From Lentisphaeria bacterium (lineage in GTDB: Bacteria; Verrucomicrobiota; Lentisphaeria; JABSQK01; JAWLHB01), in contig JAWLHB010000006.1 in assembly GCA_041690595.1 (NCBI GenBank), forward strand, positions 124,001-188,000: a stretch of DNA of 64,000 bases. Direction: 5' to 3'. Position 1 is the stretch's first letter. Each line of letters starts with the position of its first letter. This document shows, piece after piece, positions 57,887-64,000 of this stretch. The translations under genes were made by a program, and so were the position numbers. The notes below the pieces were generated by a model. That model was not told the origin of the DNA. It was given only the letters and a program-made list of their open reading frames with translations, and did no database searches.

Positions 57887-59518
57887 CTACCGCCCACCCT
57901 TCCACGGCCCAAACCGCAGAATGATCGAGCCATCCGATGCAATCGCCCCGTACGAATCCTCGGATACTATCTCGAACGAATCCTCCGCCGATTTTCCAGC
58001 CAAAACCTCGGCCAAAACCTCGGTCGGCTTGTCCTCAACGTGAGGATGGTTCTCCGAACCGCGACTGCCCTCAACGTCGGAGGGGTTCTCCGAACCGCGA
58101 CTAGCGCCGTCGCCATCCCCCCGCGTGCTTTCATTACCACTGCCGTTAGCCTCGACAGGCCCGACAACGTGAGAGGGGTTCTCCGAACCGCGACTAGAGC
58201 CATCGCCATCCCCCCGCGTGCTTTCATTACCACTGCTGTTAGCCTCGACAGGCCCGACAACGTGAGAGGGGTTCTCCGAACCGCGACTAGCGCCTTCGCC
58301 ATCCCCCCGCGTGCTTTCATCACCACTGCCGTTAGCCTCGACAGGCCCGACAATGTGGGAGGGGTTCTCCGAACCGCGACTAGCGCCTTCGCCATCCCCC
58401 CGCGTGCTTTCATTACCACTGCCGTTAGCCTCGACAGGCCCGGCAATGTGGGAGGGGTTCTCCGAACCGCGACTAGAGCCATCGCCATCCCCCCGCGTGC
58501 TTTCATTACCACTGCTGTTAGCCTCGACAGGCCCAACAACGTGAGAGAGGTTCTCCGAACCGCGACTAGAGCCATCGCCATCTCCGCCCACGCTCAAAAC
58601 CTCGGCCAAAACCTCGGTCGTATCGAGGGGTCTGGGGAGGTGCGCCTCCCCAGCGGGGGCCGGGGCAGCGCCCCGCCGCTCCTCTCCGGCGCCCCGCGTC
58701 TCCGCCTCTTCGCCTCCCCATAGCTTGTCGGGATCTGGAGATCCGATCTCCGGAACCCGACAAGACGTATCGAGGGGTCTGGGGAGGTGCGCCTCCCCAG
58801 CGGGGTCCGGGGCAGCGCCCCGCCGCTCCTCTCCAGCGCCCCGCCGCTCCTCTCCGCGTCCCGTCCCGCCCTTCTTCGCCACATGCCGATACCCCTGCGA
58901 CGTCGCGCCGCTTGTCACCGTCACCTCCGCATCCTCCAACTCCACCACCACCCGCACCGACTCATCCTCCGCCGTCCGCGACACCTGTCGTTCCTTCACC
59001 CGCGCCTTCTCCTCCCAGCCGAACCCCAGCACATGCACCAGCCAGCTCTCCGAATCCATCATCGTCTCCAAGGAACCGCGCTGCGCCACCTCCGCCAGCA
59101 CCTTCATGTACTCCTTCGCCGCCCGCACCCGGTCATACAGCACCGGCTCCTGCATCAAGCCCCCCTCGCCGTCCTTCACCCAGCGCACCCCCCGCACCGC
59201 CGCCGACGACCGATCCACCTCCCCATTTGCCGACATCACGTCCGCCATCGACGTCATCGCCATCGCCCCCAGCATCCCCGCGAGCTCCATCATCGACGGA
59301 AACCGCATCCCCTCCCGATCTTCCAGCGCCACCTTCTCCTCACCTGCCAACTCCCGAACCAGCAACTGCACTCGCCCATCCTGCAGCAACTCCGACGCTC
59401 GCGCCTTCGCGAACGACTCCGCATAACCTGCCCGCAGCGCCGCCTTTGCCGCACAGTAATCCTTCACATACTCCCCCGCAAACCGCCGCATCCGCTTGCT
59501 CAGTCCCCTCATCTCCAC
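57887..59518 (-). CDS. Orphan terminase small subunit-like protein with repeat-derived C-terminal extension
   Basis: LSKRMRRFAGEYVKDYCAAKAALRAGYA...ASELL matches the Terminase_2 pattern; ELAGM..AMTSMADV and LYDRVRAA follow; RBS GGAGG. Real 3' extent uncertain. Confidence 0.72.
   Translation of the reverse strand: MEMRGLSKRMRRFAGEYVKDYCAAKAALRAGYAESFAKARASELLQDGRVQLLVRELAGEEKVALEDREGMRFPSMMELAGMLGAMAMTSMADVMSANGEVDRSSAAVRGVRWVKDGEGGLMQEPVLYDRVRAAKEYMKVLAEVAQRGSLETMMDSESWLVHVLGFGWEEKARVKERQVSRTAEDESVRVVVELEDAEVTVTSGATSQGYRHVAKKGGTGRGEERRGAGEERRGAAPDPAGEAHLPRPLDTSCRVPEIGSPDPDKLWGGEEAETRGAGEERRGAAPAPAGEAHLPRPLDTTEVLAEVLSVGGDGDGSSRGSENLSHVVGPVEANSSGNESTRGDGDGSSRGSENPSHIAGPVEANGSGNESTRGDGEGASRGSENPSHIVGPVEANGSGDESTRGDGEGASRGSENPSHVVGPVEANSSGNESTRGDGDGSSRGSENPSHVVGPVEANGSGNESTRGDGDGASRGSENPSDVEGSRGSENHPHVEDKPTEVLAEVLAGKSAEDSFEIVSEDSYGAIASDGSIILRFGPWKGGR
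58001..58620. repeat. 93-bp tandem array with REP-like core GGTTCTCCGAACCGCGACT, bounded by 26-bp direct repeats
   Basis: Cores at 58050, 58086, 58179, 58272, 58365, 58458, 58551; caaaacctcggccaaaacctcggtcg at 58001 and 58595. Confidence 0.93.
58621..58858. repeat. 147-bp-period duplication of a double-hairpin element
   Basis: tatcgaggggtctggggaggtgcgcctccccagcgggg..cggggcagcgccccg at 58621 and 58768. Confidence 0.88.
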
Positions 59519-59570
59519 ATCCTCCCTCAGTCAATTCAACTTCCACCATTACCCAGTTAAACAACAACAA

Positions 59571-59598
59571 ACCATAGCATATATAACTTAAAAGTCAA
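59571..59598 (-). promoter_or_regulatory. Putative sigma70 promoter of the terS-like gene
   Basis: Minus strand TTGACT-N16-TATGGT with extended -10 TGn, in an AT-rich patch. Confidence 0.55.
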
Positions 59599-59726
59599 GT
59601 CGCTTCGAAAGAAAAACCACCCAGCCACCAAGGCCTCTCCGTATCGGGTCTGGGTTGCCGAAGCCGCGGGCCACGCACAGAAGAGCCGCCAACTCATGGA
59701 GAGTACCGGCATGGTCAAGGGCGCGC

Positions 59727-60162
59727 CCGATCACCGCCTGATCCGCCTGATCCGCCCGATCCGTCCTGCTCCCTCCCCCGCTCGTTCTTTGCGATCTTTG
59801 TGGTTAATTCCTGCCGTGTCCTCATTTCCCCCCATCTCCGCCCTCCCAATCTTCATGTTCTTCATGTTCTTCATGTCCTTCATGGTGCCATTCCCCTCCT
59901 CCCCATCCTCCCAGCGTCTCCGCGTCCCCTTTTCCCCCCTCGAAACCAAGCTTCATTCTGTACTATCCTCGTGCTCTTCGTGTCCTTAGTGGTAATACTC
60001 TGTTACTATTAACACCTTCTTGGTAGCCTATAGCATTCTCCTTCCTGAACTGAGCCAAAATCCTCTTCCTCAGTGGCCTCTGAGACCTCTGTGGCAAACA
60101 GCCCCCCCGCTCGATCTTTGCGATCTTTGCGTTCTTTGTGGTTAATCCTCATGCATACCTCC
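59727..60162 (-). repeat. Cluster of five different 9-bp-period short repeat families
   Basis: 59730-59768, 59779-59813, 59851-59887, 59967-59995, 60069-60096, 60109-60162. Confidence 0.85.
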
Positions 60163-60175
60163 CCACGCCCCACCT

Positions 60176-61960
60176 TCAGCCCGCTTCCTTGAGTTCGGCA
60201 TGAAGCCGAAGAAGAAGCGCACTCGTCCACCCCTGATGATAGGCGCCCTTGCCCTCGCCGCTCTCCGAATCGAAGTACTCGCGCATGTGGCAGTCCTTAA
60301 CGATCAACCGGTAGATGCGTTCAGCGCGTTCCCGCCATTCGCTCTGGAAGCTGTGCTGGCGCAGAACCTCCAGCATGAGGTACATCACCGGGGGCCACGA
60401 CGGTCCTCGCCACCAGCCTCCGGACTGATAGCAGTACGCGTTGTAAGCCACACTGGGGAAAGGGACTTCCCCGTGGAAACGGTCAGGATCCAGAAGATGA
60501 TCCCGAATCATCCCCCGGCGCTTCTCACTATCGAGCGGCAGATCCGTCAGAAGAGGAAGAAAGCAGGCAGGCGTCTCGACCGGCACAAAGTGACCCGTGC
60601 GCATGAGCACATCCCGAAAGATGTTGCTCCCCTCGTCATAAAGCACCTCCATCATCCGCTGACCATAGGCAGCGGCCTGCTCCCGACAGTCGGCGGCCAC
60701 ATCTTCCCGACCGGCCATCTCCGCAAAGTACACGCAGGCCTGTATCTGCAGCAGCAGGTAAGCATTCATGCAGCAGGGAATGATCGGGCCGGCATCCAGA
60801 CGCGGAGTATCGTCCCACCCAGTCTCGAGCGGATCGCTGGTGTAGATCAAGCCGTAGCTGCTCATGCGCTGATGCAGCCACCAGCGATTGTTGGCGAGCA
60901 GTGGGTCCAGCAGCTCTTCAGCAAGCTTCCGATCCTTCCGCTGGCGGCAGATGCGTTCACCAAACCAACCGACCAGCGGCGGCTGGGATGCCGTCGGGCG
61001 CATCCACGTCGAACAGAGGAAGTGCGCCATCTTCCCGTCCGTGCGCAGGTTCTCCGTAAGCAGCAGAAGGGTATCCGGCGAAAGCCGCCGATCCATCATG
61101 TCCAGCGCGAGTGTATGAAAGCAGCCGTCCCAGAGGAAGTGGCACGGATACTTCCCTCGCGACGGAAACGACGCCACCCGACCGCGAAGATACCCCGGCG
61201 CTTCACTCGCGTTCAGAATCATCGAAGCCGCCGAACGTGCCAACGCCACCTCTTCCCGCTCATCATCCGCATCAAAATCCAGACCACCGATGGCCGTGTT
61301 GATCCAGTCACGACTGCTCTGCAGGCTGCTCGCAAAGGTATGATCCACCCCATCCAGACGTTGCACAATCGCCGCCTCGTCCACATCCAGCACGCGCACC
61401 ACGAAGGCCACCAGCAGGCTCCCATCCTCATCGGGAAGCAGATCCAGGCGTAGCGCATCGTCATCGTGCAACCGTGCTTTTCCGTGGAGAAAACGCAGCC
61501 GAATGGCGACGGGCACCGTTCGATCCGGATCACGATGCGTCTGGCGATTCGGAATCTGCAGCAGATAGTGAATATCGTCATCCTCGCACGAGCGCGTCAG
61601 CTCAAACACTTGGTCGTCCTCCCCGATCAGAAAGCGGGCCACGATGTTGCCCGTCGTCTCCATCATCCACATGTCATGGCCGCAAAACGTGAAACGCGCT
61701 TCGCCTTCCTCAAACGCCTGCGTCACCAGATTGAGCCGCATCTCCGAGCTCCTGAAAGTCCCCTCCAACTCCAGAAAGGGACTCCCCAAGTCGATGGTCT
61801 CCCGGTTGTAGTGCAGATAGAGACGGCGAATGCCCCCATGATCGAAACCTAACCCGATGTCCGAATAAAAGAGACTGAACGAACGATCCGCATCCACGTA
61901 GTGCACGTGATCTTCCAGTATGCGACACAGCTTATCGACAGCGTCTTCCTCGGGCGGCAT
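60176..61960 (-). CDS. GH63/MGH1-like (trehalase/glucosidase-like) glycoside hydrolase
   Basis: FLWDGCFH, SQPPL, ETGWDDTPR, WWRGPSW, REYFDSESGEG, GWTS. Confidence 0.85.
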   Translation of the reverse strand: MPPEEDAVDKLCRILEDHVHYVDADRSFSLFYSDIGLGFDHGGIRRLYLHYNRETIDLGSPFLELEGTFRSSEMRLNLVTQAFEEGEARFTFCGHDMWMMETTGNIVARFLIGEDDQVFELTRSCEDDDIHYLLQIPNRQTHRDPDRTVPVAIRLRFLHGKARLHDDDALRLDLLPDEDGSLLVAFVVRVLDVDEAAIVQRLDGVDHTFASSLQSSRDWINTAIGGLDFDADDEREEVALARSAASMILNASEAPGYLRGRVASFPSRGKYPCHFLWDGCFHTLALDMMDRRLSPDTLLLLTENLRTDGKMAHFLCSTWMRPTASQPPLVGWFGERICRQRKDRKLAEELLDPLLANNRWWLHQRMSSYGLIYTSDPLETGWDDTPRLDAGPIIPCCMNAYLLLQIQACVYFAEMAGREDVAADCREQAAAYGQRMMEVLYDEGSNIFRDVLMRTGHFVPVETPACFLPLLTDLPLDSEKRRGMIRDHLLDPDRFHGEVPFPSVAYNAYCYQSGGWWRGPSWPPVMYLMLEVLRQHSFQSEWRERAERIYRLIVKDCHMREYFDSESGEGKGAYHQGWTSALLLRLHAELKEAG

Positions 61961-62169
61961 CAGCTCTCCTCCTTAGGTAGTCCTCTGCCAAAACGCCTCG
62001 CAGATTCGTTGCCAAAAGCGCCGTCGCTGGCATGGCACCTGCTTTCGACGAAAACAACCGCCGATGTCCATGCGGCTCACCCGGGCATCCTCTCAGAAAG
62101 TGTAAAGCAATCAAGCCGACACCGTCAACAATTCTGTCATGAGTGTAACAACTGACCATAGTGCCTACC

Positions 62170-63696
62170 ATGAGCAAGCAAGAGGATGAAAAAGATACGA
62201 GCAAGGATGGCAATAAGATGATGGGCAGCCGCGGTGTTTCCCGTCCCATGGCCATGAAGCAGATGAAACAGCATCACGACAAGCAGCAGAAGGACGACGG
62301 CGGCATGGATCGCGACATGATGCTGCACATGCACCACAAGCAGACTCTCTGGATCTACTGGGTGTTGATCCTGCTGGGGCTCTGGACCATGGCCGCACCC
62401 TTTGCATTCGGCTACTGGAACAATCCCGTGCAGCCGGCGGGAGGCCGCGACGTCTGGCTCGCGCAGGAAACGCGAATCCAATGCATGATCTGGAGCGATC
62501 TCATCAGCGGTCTGCTGCTGGTCATCTTCGGCTGGCGAGGACTGCTGCCAAACCGTCCCATCAGCCTCTGGCTGGCATGTGGAGTCGGCGTCTGGATGAG
62601 TTTTGCCCCCATTCTCTTCTGGTCGCCAAGTGCCGCGGCTTACTATAATGACACCTTCGTCGGAGCCCTGATTATCGCCCTCACCATCCTGATTCCCGGT
62701 ATGCCCAACATGATCAACTACATGAAGATGGGCCCGGAACAGCCACCCGGCTGGAGCTACAATCCATCGAGTTGGCCGCAGCGATCGATCATGATCGCCG
62801 CCGGTTTCGCCGGATGGCTCGTCTCCCGCTATGTCGCCATGTTCCAACTCGGCTACATCGACCAGGTCTGGGATCCCTTCTTCGCCGAAGGAAGTCGCCT
62901 CGTCCTGACCAGCAAGATGAGCGAAGCGCTGCCGATCTCGGACGGTGCACTCGGCACCTTCGCCTATACCCTTGAATTCCTCATGGGGTGGATGGGCTCA
63001 CCCTCGCGGTGGCGAACCATGCCATGGATGGTGGCCCTCTTCGGCATTCTGGTGATCCCACTGGGGCTGGTGCATATCTTCCTGGTAGCCTCCCAGCCGG
63101 TGATTATCGGCGAATGGTGCACCATGTGTCTGCTGGCAGCCGCCATCATGTTGCCGATGATTCCTCTCGAGATCGACGAAGTCATTGCCATGATGCAGTT
63201 CATGAAGAAAAAGAAACGCGAAGGAATGTCCCTCTGGATGACCTTCTGGAAAGGCGGTACCGTCGACGGCGGCGGCAGCGACAAGCGCACCCCCGAGATG
63301 ATCGCATTCCCCCGGCAACCCATGAAGGTAACGGCCTCCATGTTCTGGGGCATGACCTTTCCCGTCACCCTCGTCATCACCACCCTCATCGGCGTCTGGT
63401 TGATGGGCGCGCCGGCCGTTCTCGAAACCCAGAAACCCATGATGGACGTCACCCGCATCTGCGGGGCCCTTGCCATCACCATCTCCGTTGTCTGCATGGG
63501 AGAGCCTCTCCGCCTGGGCCGTTACCTCAACCTTCTGGTCGGCGCGACCCTCATCATGGCACCATTCCTCGCCGGCGGCGGCACCACCCTCAGCCTCATG
63601 AACTCGCTCGCGGCAGGCATCCTCCTGATCGTCCTCAGCATTCCCCGCGGCCCGATCAATGAAAGCTTCAGTACATGGGACAAGCTGGTCCGCTGA
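62170..63696 (+). CDS. Vitamin K epoxide reductase family membrane protein with SPW-like repeats
   Basis: PPGWSYNPSSWPQR, WDPFF, PISDGALG, WCTMC (CxxC); repeated G-x-W...AP helices. Confidence 0.85.
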   Translation: MSKQEDEKDTSKDGNKMMGSRGVSRPMAMKQMKQHHDKQQKDDGGMDRDMMLHMHHKQTLWIYWVLILLGLWTMAAPFAFGYWNNPVQPAGGRDVWLAQETRIQCMIWSDLISGLLLVIFGWRGLLPNRPISLWLACGVGVWMSFAPILFWSPSAAAYYNDTFVGALIIALTILIPGMPNMINYMKMGPEQPPGWSYNPSSWPQRSIMIAAGFAGWLVSRYVAMFQLGYIDQVWDPFFAEGSRLVLTSKMSEALPISDGALGTFAYTLEFLMGWMGSPSRWRTMPWMVALFGILVIPLGLVHIFLVASQPVIIGEWCTMCLLAAAIMLPMIPLEIDEVIAMMQFMKKKKREGMSLWMTFWKGGTVDGGGSDKRTPEMIAFPRQPMKVTASMFWGMTFPVTLVITTLIGVWLMGAPAVLETQKPMMDVTRICGALAITISVVCMGEPLRLGRYLNLLVGATLIMAPFLAGGGTTLSLMNSLAAGILLIVLSIPRGPINESFSTWDKLVR

Positions 63697-63723
63697 AGCA
63701 CTCTCTCCACAAGGATAAGAAAG

Positions 63724-64000
63724 ATGAAGCAAGCACAGGTAGCTCTGGCCAGACTGGAAGACGACTCCGAGGATGCCATCCGTGCCAGCGTTCGACGCGC
63801 GCTGGATCATATCGGCGGTATCACCAGCTATGTAGCCGCGGGGCACAAGGTCCTGCTCAAACCCAATCAGACTCTCTTCATGCCCGAGCGCAGCGGCTCC
63901 ACGACATCGCCGCGCCTCATCCGCGTGCTCGTCCAACTCTGTCGCGAAGCGGGTGCCAAAGAGGTCTGGGTGGCCGAAGCCGCGGGCCACGCACAGAAGA
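63724..64000 (+). CDS. DUF362 domain protein (partial, runs off window)
   Basis: Manual translation MKQAQVAL...RRALDHIGG...KVLLKPN...TTSPRLI...GAKEVWVAE. Confidence 0.8.
   Translation, partial: MKQAQVALARLEDDSEDAIRASVRRALDHIGGITSYVAAGHKVLLKPNQTLFMPERSGSTTSPRLIRVLVQLCREAGAKEVWVAEAAGHAQK

Noticed and set aside
58046..58580. CRISPR array (regularly spaced palindromic repeats)
   Set aside because: The intervening sequences are near-identical rather than unique spacers, the period is 93 bp, and there are no cas genes.
57887..60175. Prophage
   Set aside because: Only a TerS-like gene is present; no TerL, portal, capsid, integrase or att/tRNA site seen.

Overview
High-GC (about 63% by eye) bacterial scaffold with one 100-N gap at 26383-26482. 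Gene content (prepilin/H-X9-DG-type protein, several PhyH, SGNH and glycoside hydrolase genes, Planctomycete-type chlorite dismutase family protein) suggests PVC superphylum, probably Lentisphaerota; this is inference. Most of the window is housekeeping or carbohydrate metabolism: araB, mrdA plus an mreD-like gene, menH-menB, korDABG, metK-adenosine kinase-ahcY, rhlE, folK, ectoine-type ask, pntAB, GH20/GH36/GH63-like/DUF5054 hydrolases, and a GAF-GspE/PilB ATPase. No rRNA, tRNA, CRISPR array, transposase or complete prophage was recognised. Four things stand out. (1) Two tandem secreted proteins, one a DUF3494 ice-binding adhesin, share an unrecognised duplicated C-terminal module and a downstream repeat block; the module is a candidate surface sorting or anchoring domain. 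(2) An orphan terminase-small-subunit-like gene has its own promoter-like sequence and reads in frame through a 93-bp REP-like array whose 92-bp non-coding relative lies at 26.6 kb. (3) Intergenic regions are built from several families of 9-bp-period short repeats with a common grammar. (4) A receiver-Ser/Thr kinase carries a four-fold F[RK]LK tail motif.
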